DNA of 64,000 bases from Callorhinchus milii (Eukaryota): the NCBI RefSeq assembly GCF_018977255.1, contig NW_024704743.1, positions 92,196,001-92,260,000 on the forward strand, written 5' to 3'. The position numbers and the translations under genes were made by a program. Below, piece by piece: positions 10,656-22,810 of the stretch (position 1 is the first letter of the stretch; each line of letters opens with the position of its first letter). The notes beneath the pieces were generated by a model. That model was not told where the DNA came from. It did no database searches and saw nothing but the letters and a program-made list of their open reading frames with translations.

Positions 10656-11630
10656 TATAGGACAGATGAGTAATATCTGATTGTCTGCCATGTTTTGTCA
10701 TGTTGGAAAATACGTAATGTATTTTGTTGAATGCAAATTGTTTATTACATGTTTGGGGTTCACATGTATCCTGGAAATACAGTACCTTTGTTCTTTGACA
10801 CACTACAAGACAACTCCTGGGAAGTGTATGTTTCTAATACAGTAACAGAAAGAAGCGTTAGGAAAAGGAAAATAAGTGTATTTATAGACACATATGGCAG
10901 TACGTAAACTTATCCTGTACTTAACAAATGAGTTTCAACAAATAAACTGACATTCATGGCTACTCATGCCTACAATGACACACTGGATGTAGTCTCTGAG
11001 CTCTTTTCCCTTGGAATGATGGTGTATCAGGAGTTTACTGTATGTTTAACATTTACCTATGAGAGAGAATAGGTAGAAGGAAAACACTTGCTGCTCTCTA
11101 TAAAAATTTGCCCCACACAAGTAGTAGATATTTTAATTGATTTAACAAACAACAAATTCAATTTGGTTTGGATTGATTTGTATATAAAAGGACAGCAGGT
11201 CCAAGAGCTGTATAAAAAGATACAGCAGATATATACTATTTATATAATGAAAACTAACGAGTAAATGTATCATCATCATGGTACTTTTTTTCAAAATCAA
11301 CTATAGTATGCACTTATATTGCACCTTTCATGTACAATGAACATCTCTAAGCCCTTAACGGATATAAGAGAGGAAGAAGGGGAATTAAAGATGTTGACCA
11401 AATACCAGATAAATATATATTTTAAGAGTTTTGAATTCAATGGAAGTGCAGGAACCTCTCTTCTCGGTATGTCATAGTATGTCATACGTACCTGCGGGTC
11501 AGTAATCAGAAACAATGATAGCATTGAAATCTTTGAGTGTAACAACTATGCTGAAGCCAGGAGGGAAAATGCGATTCTTCAGCATTAATTTGTTCATGCA
11601 CTTAATAATTATTTAATATTTAATAATAAT

Positions 11631-11999
11631 GAAGTCCTGTAGCTCAATGGTTAGAACACTTGCCTTTCAAGCGAGAGACCTGGGTTTGGTTCCCGGCAGG
11701 GTGAAACAATTGGGCAAGTTTTCTTACTCCACACGTCTCTGTTTACCTCGCAGTAAGTAGAAACCCGGTTGTTAGTCGATTGGCAGATCGGTTTTCCGGG
11801 GGTAGTAATTCCTTTTAAAAAAAAAAATAGATTGGTCGCTCAATCTACAACTGTTTTCGGGACATTGCTGTGCCTAATTGGCTGCCGCCCTTCATCCACA
11901 AAATATGCTGTCAATTCACTTTACATTATATTCTGTGAAGCGTTTGATATATCTCGAAGACATGGTAAGGTGCTATACCAAATGCAAGAATTATTATTT
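11631..11999 (+). mobile_element. tRNA-derived SINE (long subtype), full length
   Basis: GTCCTGTAGCTCAATGGTTAGAACAC head, CTCTGTTTACCTCGCAGTAAGTAG block, Deu-like body, tail. Confidence 0.9.
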
Positions 12000-12494
12000 T
12001 ATCAATTCATGTTTTAAAGGGGACATTTGCACTTTAGGCTTAATGATATAGTCAAAGGGAATTTCCCAGTTTAAACTTTTTGGCACTCTAAATCCAAGGA
12101 AACTGACAAAAGTCATAGGCAAATTTCCTGTATTCTTTTTACTGATAATCTGACTGGATGATGGATCAAAGAATAGTTTAGCGGGGAGAAAATTTAGAGA
12201 TGGTGATGGACGATCAAAGATGCTGAGAACTGTACCCCATAATAGCTTTAAGTTTGTTGGGATTCCATTGAGGTAGTTTTAAATTAATTATTAAATGCTA
12301 AACTACGTGAACTCAAAATGCATCCATCAGAGAAGCTTAGCAACCAATCCTCTCAGGCTCCATTAGATCAATGTACAGGTTTAGTTACATTTTGGAGTAG
12401 TCAGCCACCTGATGAAAGGATACCAGTCTATGGTTAGACAGAAACTTGTTCCTGTCTGTAGATGGTTGACAGTTCTGCACTTTTTTTAAAAAAA

Positions 12495-12972
12495 GTGTCA
12501 GCCTGGCTCAGTTAGTAACACGTTGAGTTAGAAGTTTGAAAAATAGTCTTGAGATTTAGGGAGGACAAGTTTGCAGGGCTATGAGGAGAGAGCAAGGGAG
12601 TGGGATTGACTTGGAAAGCTCTTTTCAAAGAGCCGGCACAGACACGATGGGCCAAGTGGCCTTCTTCTGTGCTGTAAGATTCTATGATGAAAGTGCATTG
12701 CTGGTAGTGTACTGCAATATTAGAGGTTCAGTACTTCATATTACGTGTTAAACTGAAAACCTGTCTGTCTATTCAGGTGGATGTTAAAGATCCCACAAAA
12801 CTATTCAGAAAGAGAAGGAAGTTTCTCCTGGTGTCCTGGCAAACAATCAAATTGACTGTCACATTCGCCTACAAAATACGCAGTCACTACATTTTAAATC
12901 CTGTGCAGCGCTTTGGGACAGACATCTTCCTGACATGAAAGGCTCCATATCAAATACAAAGGTAACTATTAT
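12495..12972 (+). mobile_element. Older Deu-type SINE interrupted by a CR1 3' fragment (~12540-12687)
   Basis: GTGTCAGCCTGGCTCAGTT head; CR1 3' UTR GAGCCGGCACAGACACGATGGGCC; SINE body resumes with CAGGTGGATGTTAAAGATCCC. Confidence 0.75.
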
Positions 12973-13252
12973 TAAAAATAAAAATCGAGAACTAGGTCTT
13001 TGAGTACTTTAGAGTTGCTTATTGTGGCATTTTATGTTTGTCGTACTTTGGACTATAAATAGATAATGCAATGTTTATGTAAAAACACTTATGATTATGC
13101 TTAATATGTCAAAACATGATCCAATAATGAACTGTGAGTTCAGTCTTTGAACTTTGACAGTATTATCACCAGACAATGAGTGTGACTCTTGCACAATTCT
13201 ATAAGCTGTGCCTCCAATGCCAAGACATTTTGAGCATATCTCCAGTGTACAG

Positions 13253-13553
13253 TGAGAGCTGGGAAAACTCAGCAGGTCAGGCAGCATCTATTGGAGAAAG
13301 TGAGTCAACGTTTCGGGTCACAAAACATTGTCTCTTTTTTTTGTCTTCTTTGTCGTTCTTGTCCTGCCTTTCCCTCTCAACTTGTCCTTTAAAACCTCTC
13401 CCTCTCCCAACATATCCCAGTTCTGACGAAGGGTCGTGGACCCGAAACGTTGACTCACTTTCCTTTCTCTGTAGATGCTGCCTGACCTGCTGAGTTTTCC
13501 CAGCTCTCTCTGTTTTTGGTTCAGATTTCAGTATCTGCAATATTTTGTGTTTT
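13253..13553. mobile_element. Penelope-like-derived inverted-repeat element
   Basis: Arms ~13253-13319 and ~13439-13510 are reverse complements (CTCAGCAGGTCAGGCAGCATCTA / TAGATGCTGCCTGACCTGCTGAG); homologous to 46996-47222; family assignment from recalled similarity and the hammerhead motif. Confidence 0.75.
13419..13455 (+). ncRNA. Minimal type I hammerhead ribozyme motif (putative)
   Basis: AGTT-CTGACGA-A-GGGTC(GTG)GACCC-GAAA-CGTT-GACT: both catalytic boxes, 5-bp stem II, 4-bp stem I with one G-U, palindromic AACGTT in place of stem III. Confidence 0.65.
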
Positions 13554-13917
13554 CTCCAGTATACAGTTCCTGTTTTTTTATCATGCACGCTAGATTTTTC
13601 AGCAGACCTTGCAGTTCACATGAACGTGAACATCAGTTAACAATGTCTTGACAATTTGATGTCCTACCGTATATGTATTTGCACAACCGTTTACAGTTCT
13701 GAAAGGATATCTTTGAAATGGTGAAAAGTTTGACTAAATGCTTTTAATTCAGGGTTAAATACTTAACTTCAAGCCTTGATAGGTTTGTCTAAGTATACCC
13801 CTTATTCCTACATGAAGTATATTAGTTATTAATATTGCATACATATCATCAAAAATGCTTTAAAACGCAGAGTAAAGGTATATGTACAGTATTATATTGA
13901 TTTGATAAGAACACAGC

Positions 13918-14350
13918 CAACAATAATTTCCATTCATATAGTACCTTTCCACATCAGAAAGATATCTCAAAGTGCTAAACACAACTGATTAGAGATCTGT
14001 TCCAGATGTGGGCAGGTGGGAGATTTCAGAAGTGGAGTGGAAAGGTGGCCAGAACCTTAAGATGGGTTAAGGTGCTTAAGATGGGTTTTAAGATGGAGTG
14101 GCATCACAGAGGCACTCCAGGATGGAAGCAGGTAGCGTTGCGGAAGTGAGGGAAAAGCAGAGCGAGTGAGATCTCAGATGTACTTCTTGGTGGATAGTTG
14201 GGGGGGATTGAACAAGATGTTCCACAGCAGCTCTGTGAGGTGGAGTGATAATTAATGCACTCAGCACCTAAGGTGAGAAGGAACTGATGGATGCCAAGCA
14301 GGAAAACCTCAGTCTTGTCAACATTGAACTGTAGAAAGTTAGAACTCATC
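13918..14350 (-). mobile_element. Old L2 fragment
   Basis: MSSNFLQFNVDKTEVFLLG motif on the minus strand; degenerate tail near 13920-13980. Confidence 0.7.
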
Positions 14351-15409
14351 TAAGATGTAACATTCACCCACAAATATATGGTCAATTCACTTTATAGTAT
14401 ATTTTGTGAAGCGCTTTGAGACGTCGAGAAGATGTGAAAAGTGCTATATCAAATGCAAGGATTATTATTAATATTATCTAACAAGAGCTGAGAACAGGAG
14501 AGGACTGCGATTGTATGTTTCTTCTCTTTTTCTCTTCCCCTTTTTCAATCTGCACAAGAAAAACATCTGTTGCCTGCCCTTGTCTATGATATTTTAATGA
14601 TATCAAATCCAATGGGCTCACACTCTTTCTTGCTTAATGTTATAATCTACCATTGAGGGACGAGGGAAGAAAGTAGGGAAGATCTCCCAGTTGCTAGAAA
14701 TGGATACATTTTAAATGAGCTTCTACGTTTGGATTTATATATACAGTTACATCTGTTTCTCCATATAACCTAAAACTAATTGCTCTATAAAGGTGATATG
14801 ATTGCTGCTTGTGTCAATGTAAGTGCAATTCAAATCAAAACTTAAGAACATGTTCAGGTTCTGCATAAACCTTTTTCATTTTGCTCTTGCTTTAACACCA
14901 ATCTGTTAACTCAGATGCACAATTTTTGTTTTGAGCTACATGTTCCTGTTGCAATTCTTGTTGCATTGAGCAATAATCTAAGCCTTCCTATAAGCGGGCT
15001 TCTAACGTGACGAAATTGTGAGGACGTGTTAATGATGCAATCCTAAAAATCGGTGATCAAATCATGTTTAACTTGCTTACAAGTCCATGAGTTTGGCAAA
15101 TTAGTAGAATCTATTATCAGGAACAGAACAGCTGAACATCTAGATAAATATGCATAGATCAGGCAGAGTCCTACTTACCTAATGCCAGAGAATCGTAAAT
15201 TGGCAAGAGCCAAGGCTTGGGGACCCCAGAGATTGCATTGGGGGTACTTTTGTAGTTTAAGGTAGAAATGGAGTGTGAGCCTAGATTATACTGTTTGACA
15301 GATATTTTGGGGTGAGCAAGACACTAAAGGTTCTGCACGTGTTCTGTGAGAATGTAACTAGGTAATTTCTAACTTGTGAGGATAATCGACTCTTTAAACC
15401 CTACATCCA

Positions 15410-15955
15410 AGCTCTCACTTGTGCAGAGTTTACTCACCTCTGCAACACCGCCTGCCTCTGCCAGTACCCCTCTGTTGGGCTGCCAAGATTCTTATTCACT
15501 TCCAGGCTCAACTATTTGAATGCTCTCCTTACCAGACCTCCCAGTTCCTCTCTTCACAAACTGCAACTCATCTAGAACGCTGCAGGAATATCCATTCCCA
15601 CAACAGGTTCCATGAGCCCTTCAATCCCATCCTCATTTGGACCACTGACTCTCAACATCCTCCAGGGATCAAATTCAAGATTCTTATGTTCACTTTAAAC
15701 TGCCTGTGTCACCATGCCCACCCTACCTTGTCCACTTCTGTGACCTCCTGGTTCCCTATGTTCCAGGTCTAATTCTGCTCCGCAAACACTGCCTCCTTCA
15801 TATTCTCTAGGTGAACTTTTAGCCGTTGTCCTCCCATTCTCAGGAACTCCATCCTGGAGTTTCACTCTAAAATTATATTAAAATATGTTATTAAGCAATT
15901 AAGGGCTCTGAGACCCTACTCGTGTGAAGGGAACTATATGAATGCAAGTTGTTGT
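15410..15955 (+). mobile_element. Old decayed L2 3' fragment
   Basis: IKFKILMFT motif; tail ATGCAAGTTGTTG. Confidence 0.6.
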
Positions 15956-16000
15956 ATTAGGAAAGGACATTGGGAAATTGTTGCATTTTCTAACCTTGTA

Positions 16001-16700
16001 ATAACAACAACTTGGATTTATATAGCGCCCTCCACGCCGGACGGCGTCTCAGAGCGCTTCACAGTAACGGTTCCCAGGGCCGAGCCGGGGGGATGGGAAG
16101 GAAGGTGACCAAAGCTGTGGTCGAAAAGAAAGGTCTTCAGTCGAGACCTGAAAATAGTAAGAGAGGAGGCGAGGTGAAGGGAGTGAGGAAGGCAGTTCCA
16201 GAGCCTCGGGGCATAGTGGCTGAAGGCACGGCCACCGAGGGTGGAGCGGAGGGCTCGGGGGACGAGGAGGCCAGATCCGGTAGAACGAAGGCAGTGGGCA
16301 TTGTTGTGAGGCGAGACGAGGTCAGAGAGGTAGGGAGGTGCAGAAGAGTGGAGGGATTTGAAGACTAGGGTGAGGATCTTGAAGTCGATCCTCTCTGGGA
16401 CAGGCAGCCAATGCAGTCTGTCAAGGACTGGGGTAATCGGGGAGTGGAGTTTGGTGCGGATAAGAATGCAGGCGGCAGAATTTTGTATGACCTGGATTTT
16501 GTGAATGGTAGTGGAGGGGAGACCGGCGAGGGGAGTATTTGAATAGTCCAGCCGAGAGGTGACAAAGGCATGGACCAGGGTTTCAGCGGCTTTTGGAGTG
16601 AGGTATTGGTGGAGACGGGCGATGCATCAGAGGTGGAAGAAAGCGGCCCTGGTGAGGGACCGGACGTGGGGGAGGAAGGATAATTGGGGATCGAACCTGA
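16001..16700 (-). mobile_element. L2 3' fragment (distinct subfamily; related + strand piece at ~18350-18642)
   Basis: (CAA)n tail; minus-strand [21 protein letters not shown] and RIDFKILTL motifs. Confidence 0.85.
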
Positions 16701-17304
16701 CGAAAGGTTGCGTTATCACCAATCATTATCACCAATGATGATTATCACACTACATACCTCATTATGTCCCTTCAATTTTTGATTAACAGAATTTTTTAAG
16801 TGTCTCAGCAGGTAAACCTCAGTGCAAGTATTTCCCATAGGGTTATGTTTTAGTTACTATATTTTTGTAAAGTCTGTTTTATATACATACATTAGCTGAC
16901 AAAATTTAAAATAAACATTCCTTTTTTTCATTTGCTTGGTAAAAATGGTAATGAACTGAAGCAAAATTGAAGTAATTTTTTTGGAAGCAAGTGACTATTC
17001 ATGCACACATTATTGTTTTACCTGGATAAATATCTTTGTTTTGATCTCCAAAGTAAATACAATGCATTGCAATCAGTCTCTAGGCCTCTGCTTGCAAGTC
17101 TCGCTTCAGTGAGCTCATAAGAACATTCTAGTGCTAACTTGCTCATGTTACCAAGTGGAAAAATGCTCATCTTAAGCCTTCACTGTGATACGATTTCTCA
17201 GTCTAAGCATGGTCTTTCACATTTAGAAACCATTTAATTGAGTAAAATGGCTTAAGATATTTACTGTAGTTTGTTTCCAATTAACTTAGTTCACTCCACC
17301 ACCA

Positions 17305-18060
17305 ACAACAACAAAATTACATTTGTATAGTGTGTTTCACATCGGGAGGATGTCCCGGGGCGCTGGATAATCAGAGTTTCAGACCTGAGCTGGGGGTCAG
17401 GATCGGGGAGTGTGGAGGGCACGGGGGGGGGAAGGAGGACCGAAGGCACAGTCGAAGAGGTTGGTCTTGAGACGGGTCTTAAAGGGGGAGAGGTGAAGGG
17501 ACTGTGTGATGGAGTTTCAGAGCGGGGGGGGGAAGACTGGCAGAAGGCCCGCCTGCCAATGATGGGGCAGGCGAAATGGGGGACATGAAGCAGGCCGGAG
17601 CCCCTGAATGGAGGGAGCCGGCAAGTTCGTAGGGGGTTAGGTCGCAGACTTGGGGGGGAACAAGGCCACGGAGGGCTTTGAAGATGAGGACCAGGATCTT
17701 GAACTGTATCCTCTGTGTGATGGGAAGTCAGTGGAGTCGGGCGAGGATGGGGGTGATAGGGTCGCAGAGTCTGGTGCGGAAAACGACATGGGCTGCAGAG
17801 TTCTGGATGATCTGCAGCTTGTGAAGGGAGGAATTGGGGAGGCCAACAAGCAGGAAGTTTGCATAGTCAAGCCTGGGTGTTATGAATGCATGTATGAAGG
17901 ATCCGGAGGCTTGCGGTGTGAGACAGGAGCGGAGCCGGGCGATGTTATGGCGGTGGGAGAAGGGAGAGTAGGTCATGGCATGGATGTAGAGTAGAAAGGA
18001 TAGATGAGAGTCAAACAAGACACCAAGATTCCGGACTGGCTTAGTAAGGTGGAGTGTGAA
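17305..18060 (-). mobile_element. L2 3' fragment
   Basis: ORF 17728..18201(-) contains [35 protein letters not shown]; tail at ~17305-17365. Confidence 0.9.
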
Positions 18061-19228
18061 GTTCAAGGCTGGACTATGGGAACTCTCTCCTCTCCGGCCT
18101 TCCCGGCATCTCCCTCCCTCCACAAGCAGCAGGTCATTCAGAACTCTGCAGCTCGTGTACTGTCCCGCACCAGGCTTCACGACCACATCACTCCCACCCA
18201 TCGGGCAGCTTTATGCGGATTATTGTGTTCAAACAAAAGGTTTTTGAAGCATACTGACGGTCAATTGAGAAGTTTAAAAGATAGTTAGGCATACAGTAAA
18301 CTCCTGATAAATCATCACTCGAAGTGGAAAGGGCTCATCAACTAGTTCTGCACCCCCTTACCTCTCTGACCTCTCTCCTCACAGCAGTGCCCGTTGCCTT
18401 CGCTCCACTGGGTCTGGCCTCCTCCTTGTCCCCTGGGTTCTCCGCTCCTACCGTCGGCGGACGTGCCTTCAACCACTATGCTCCGAGGCTCTGGAACTCC
18501 CTTCCTCATTCCCTTTGCCTCGCCCCCTCTCTTCCCACTTTCAGATCTCGGCTGAAGACCTTTTCATCCGCAGCTTTGGTCACCTTCCTCCCCCTCCCCT
18601 GGCTCGGCCCCGGGATCCGTTATTGTGAAGTGCTCTGAGACGCTATGGTCTTGTTATCAGGAGTTTATGAATAGAGATTAGCTAAATTTTAGCTTTTTCC
18701 ATAGAAGCAGAGATGATTGAGATATAATATAATCCAGGTATTTACAGTTTGAATGGGTAGACCAAAATAAATAGAGAAAATTGTTTTCCTTTATTTGGGG
18801 AATTGGTAACAATGAGCCGTGTAATCTCAGGATTGTGAGCAGACGAATCAGGGAGAGACTATCAGGAATTTCGTCCTCAGAGGATTATTCTGGTGTGGAA
18901 TTCATTGATTGAAAGAGAATTGAATAAGGATCTGAGCACTAAAAACATTAAGTGGAATTAATTTAAAAGAGCATTGTTAAAAAGTAAGCGTAACATTGGC
19001 TATGATTGGCCATTTTCCTTTGCACTGAATATTTCTGTTTCTATATAAGGATATTAAAATATGAAAAAAGATGGGGAATTTGAATAAAAGAGTTGTAATA
19101 GATTTAATAGTCAAATAGGATTGATAGGCTGAATAACATGTTCCAATGTGAATATGAATATGTACCTAAAGTGGAGTCCTAATATGTTGATTACATTTTG
19201 AAATGTATAACTTTTGTCTTTGTAGGAG

Positions 19229-19282
19229 ATGGCCATCTTGGAGTATAACTGTTGTATAAAGAGAGACAAGCACGTTGGCTAG
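19229..19282 (+). other. Upstream ORF (17 aa, MAILEYNCCIKRDKHVG) in the SOCS6 5' UTR; splice acceptor at 19225/19226
   Basis: CTTTTGTCTTTGTAG|GAGATGG: pyrimidine tract and AG, then ATG with G at -3 and +4; TAG at 19280-19282. Confidence 0.6.
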
Positions 19283-19338
19283 ATCTGTGCAAACAGCATC
19301 TTTGGAGCCATTGCTGAGCAAAAAGACTCACTTCCAGA

Positions 19339-20943
19339 ATGAAGAAAATTAGCCTTAAAACAATAAGGAAATCCTTTAACTTGAATAAAAGTAAAGATGA
19401 AAGTGACTTTGTGGTGGTGCAACAGCCAGCAGTTGCCAATGAATTTGTGAAGGAGGACTCTCTTTTCAGTTGCTATGGGAAAGAATTGGCTGGCAGTGAG
19501 TTAAGCAGAGCAGAAGAAGATGAAAAAGGATCTAAGAATAAGACAAAAGGTGAAGGCTTAATGGGTACACTGAAAAGGAGACTTTCTGCTAAGCAGAAAC
19601 AAAAGGGTAAAGGGAGTTCACCATCTGCCGGCTCGATGGAGGATGACACATTTTCATTCTCTTCAACACGAACAAGCATTAATGATTTGAAAGCTCAAAG
19701 GCCTTTAAGATCGACATCACTCCGGGGCCACCATTACAGTCCTACACCTTGGCCTCTGCGATCAGCCAGCTCTGAGGAGACCTGCATAAAAATGGAAGTT
19801 AAGGTCAAAGCAATGGTTCACAATAATAGTCCAAACCCGGCATTAAATGGAGTTCGTAAGGAGTTCCATGACATGCAGACAGACCATGTGTTTCAGGATC
19901 AGGGCAATGCAATCAAAGAGTCCCAGAATGGTGGTTCACATCTAAATATTAATGAAACCTGTCATGTGCCTGTAGTTATTGGATTAATGCCTCAGGACTA
20001 TATTCAGTACACAATGCCTTTAGACGAGGAAATGTATCCTATTGATGGGTCCCGTAACTATTGTCTTGACAATCCCTTGCCAATGGAAGTTGCATCAGTG
20101 CCATCCCAGGTATGTACAGGTACCCTACAAATGGATGAAGGCCACATGGCCTCAGATTTAGTGGTTTCCTCTGATATCTTCTTGGATCCACCTGTAAATG
20201 GTCTTTTGATTAGAACCAATGTTCTCTTACAGAACTCAAGATCTAACCATGTTGATCTCCCACAGCTATCTCCACTGCTACCTCTAATTCCAAATGTAAT
20301 GCGGTTGGCATTTCCTGGATTTAGTGGCACAGAAGCTCAAGTAGCCGAAAGGGTTCGTCATCACTTGAACTTCGATCCAACCTCTGCACCTGGTGTTGGA
20401 AGAGTTTATGATTCTGTTCAGCACAATGGTCCAATGGTAGTTACAAGTCTCACAGAAGAGCTGAAAAAACTTGCGAAGCAAGGCTGGTACTGGGGCCCGA
20501 TAACGAGGTGGGAAGCAGAGGAGAAACTTACCAATGTGCCCGATGGTTCTTTTCTTGTGCGTGATAGTTCTGATGATCGATATCTTTTAAGTCTGAGTTT
20601 TCGTTCACAAGCCAAAACTCTTCACACTAGAATAGAACACTCGAATGGCAGGTTTAGTTTTTACGAGCAGCCTGATGTGGAGGGTCACACATCCATAGTA
20701 GAACTGATTGAGCACTCGATCAAGGACTCTGAAAATGGAGCATTTTGTTATTCTAGATCTCGCCTACCCGGATCTGCAACCTATCCTGTAAGACTAACAA
20801 ATCCAGTGTCCCGGTTCATGCAAGTGCGTTCGCTACAGTACCTGTGCCGTTTTGTCATTCGTCAGTACACTCGAATAGATCTAATTCAGAAACTGCCTCT
20901 GCCAAACAAAATGAAGGATTATTTGCAAGAAAAGCACTACTGA
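19339..20943 (+). CDS. SOCS6: Suppressor of cytokine signaling 6 (534 aa; SH2 domain from ~20485, C-terminal SOCS box)
   Basis: N-terminus MKKISLKTIRKSFNLNKSK, SH2 WYWGPITRWEAE..GSFLVRDSSDDRYLLSLSFRS and SOCS box VRSLQYLCRFVIRQYTRIDLIQKLPLPNKMKDYLQEKHY are characteristic of vertebrate SOCS6; uninterrupted single-exon CDS. Confidence 0.98.
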   Translation: MKKISLKTIRKSFNLNKSKDESDFVVVQQPAVANEFVKEDSLFSCYGKELAGSELSRAEEDEKGSKNKTKGEGLMGTLKRRLSAKQKQKGKGSSPSAGSMEDDTFSFSSTRTSINDLKAQRPLRSTSLRGHHYSPTPWPLRSASSEETCIKMEVKVKAMVHNNSPNPALNGVRKEFHDMQTDHVFQDQGNAIKESQNGGSHLNINETCHVPVVIGLMPQDYIQYTMPLDEEMYPIDGSRNYCLDNPLPMEVASVPSQVCTGTLQMDEGHMASDLVVSSDIFLDPPVNGLLIRTNVLLQNSRSNHVDLPQLSPLLPLIPNVMRLAFPGFSGTEAQVAERVRHHLNFDPTSAPGVGRVYDSVQHNGPMVVTSLTEELKKLAKQGWYWGPITRWEAEEKLTNVPDGSFLVRDSSDDRYLLSLSFRSQAKTLHTRIEHSNGRFSFYEQPDVEGHTSIVELIEHSIKDSENGAFCYSRSRLPGSATYPVRLTNPVSRFMQVRSLQYLCRFVIRQYTRIDLIQKLPLPNKMKDYLQEKHY

Positions 20944-22810
20944 AAGCTTTCAAAGTCATGAGCAGATTGCACTTTTGGAACTGGAATGCATTGGAATATT
21001 TTTTTAAAAAATATATAATTTATCAAAGACTAGCTACAAAAGCTTGTTTAGTTGCTGGTGTTCCTTCATTTTGTAATCATCGGGCTTTGCTTTTTTTGCC
21101 CCTTTCTTCTCACATCTGTTACACAGTCTATTTGCCAAATAAGATATTTTTACTGTTAAGGTACAGCACTTTCTCACTCATCTCAGTGAGTGAGACAAGT
21201 TTTGCTAAATTTTAGACTGCTAACTGCAGATTTGTGTAACTGCTAATTAGTTCTGCATCTCTACTGGCATAATCTTGATGTAAGCTTCCACTTAAATCAG
21301 TCGCCAAATGCAAGAACATAGTGTTATTTTGACATTCAATCTCATTAAGCAGACCCCAAGAATTGACGGTGAGGTAAATGGTGCCTTCTTGGTTAAAGAT
21401 TGTTCAACCGCTCATTTATATTTTTTTATAAATGGATTAATATGATTTTTTGTCGCACTATCATTAAGGATGCTAAATGCTCATTATGATTTTTGGCCCT
21501 AAGATTAAGCCAAGCTGCTTCTGTGCACAGTAAATGTGCCCAGTTGAAAGAAACTTTTTTGTGGCAGGGGCAGCAGCGATATCGAGCTAAACACCTAAGC
21601 AAGCATCTGCTTAAATCTGAATTTATGATTTGGTTTATTTGGAAATGAAGCTGTCTACCTGATAAGAAAAACAGTTATTAGATATGTAGGGATCAGCAGA
21701 AGGTGCATGGGGTGCACAAACACATGCTGCTTATTTGGATAGGTTTGTCAGTATAGGTAGTTCTGCATAATCAGCAGCTGGCAGCCTGAAGTGGTTGTGA
21801 CCATTTTCCTGTATACAAATCATTGTATTTCTATTTCTGACACTATTATTTAAAGAGTTCAAGCAGACTTGAGCATGACTCCAGACATCTGTGCCTTTTG
21901 GGATTGGAATTTTTTTAAAATTTATGTTTTTTTTTAAAAAAGTATAGAATTGTGCTATCCTGATTCTTTTGTGTCTTCATTTTTATTAGTGTTTGAGTTT
22001 GATTTCAAAATGCCATTTTATGATACAGCACAAATAAGATAATGTTACCATATCTGGTTTGCACAAGTTAATGTGCAGTTTGTGCTTGTTCATCCATGGA
22101 CCAATTTTGTAAAGCCATTATAACAGTAATTTTGAGTGAGGGTTTAAAATTCAGTGGGGCACCACATTGCATACAGTAAATATTAAAGGATATTATTCCT
22201 GTTTTCAAGGGAATTGATGAGTCTTAGCTATGTTTCAAATTATGTTTAAAACTGTAAAATAAAAAATTCATAGGACAGCAGCATAAATTTCTATGAGGTA
22301 ATATGGAATCAATGTTTACACAGTCCCTTGTTTGAATTGAGTCGTACAGATTGCAGTTTGGAAATCATGATCAAGGACTTTGAACAACATACAAGTCTAT
22401 GGATCATTGTAACCAGATTTTTAAAAATGTTTAATCACAACAGAGAACTAATTTCAATATTTGGGTGACTCATTCAGCATATTATGCTGTAGTTCTTTTG
22501 TATTTCATTAGACTGATGTTTAGCAATAATTTCTTTCCCCTCCTGCCCCCTCCTGTGTTGAATTACGTTTGTGCACTTTTAGATTGTGTTCAGTTTCATT
22601 TTTGTTCTTGTATTTCCATATAGAAAACTTATGTAGTGAACAGGTAAAACAATTCCTATAAAATCATTTGTAATATTATGCAGATTGGTGCGTTATTTCT
22701 GACTATCTTCAACACTTATCGTAGAGTTTTCAGCAGTATGATACATCAATGTTCCAGTTTACCTTTTTTTATTTACTGATACAAAATAAACAGCCAAATT
22801 TTGTTACGAA
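20944..22810 (+). other. SOCS6: Probable SOCS6 3' UTR with AATAAA signals near 22258 and 22785
   Basis: AT-rich, free of recognisable repeats, several ATTTA motifs, two AATAAA hexamers; the end point is inferred. Confidence 0.6.

Noticed and set aside
12405..12465. CTGATGA..GTCTA-TGGT-TAGAC-AGAAAC hammerhead-like string
   Set aside because: About 10 unpaired nt separate the box from the stem and stem I is not evident; at best a decayed relic
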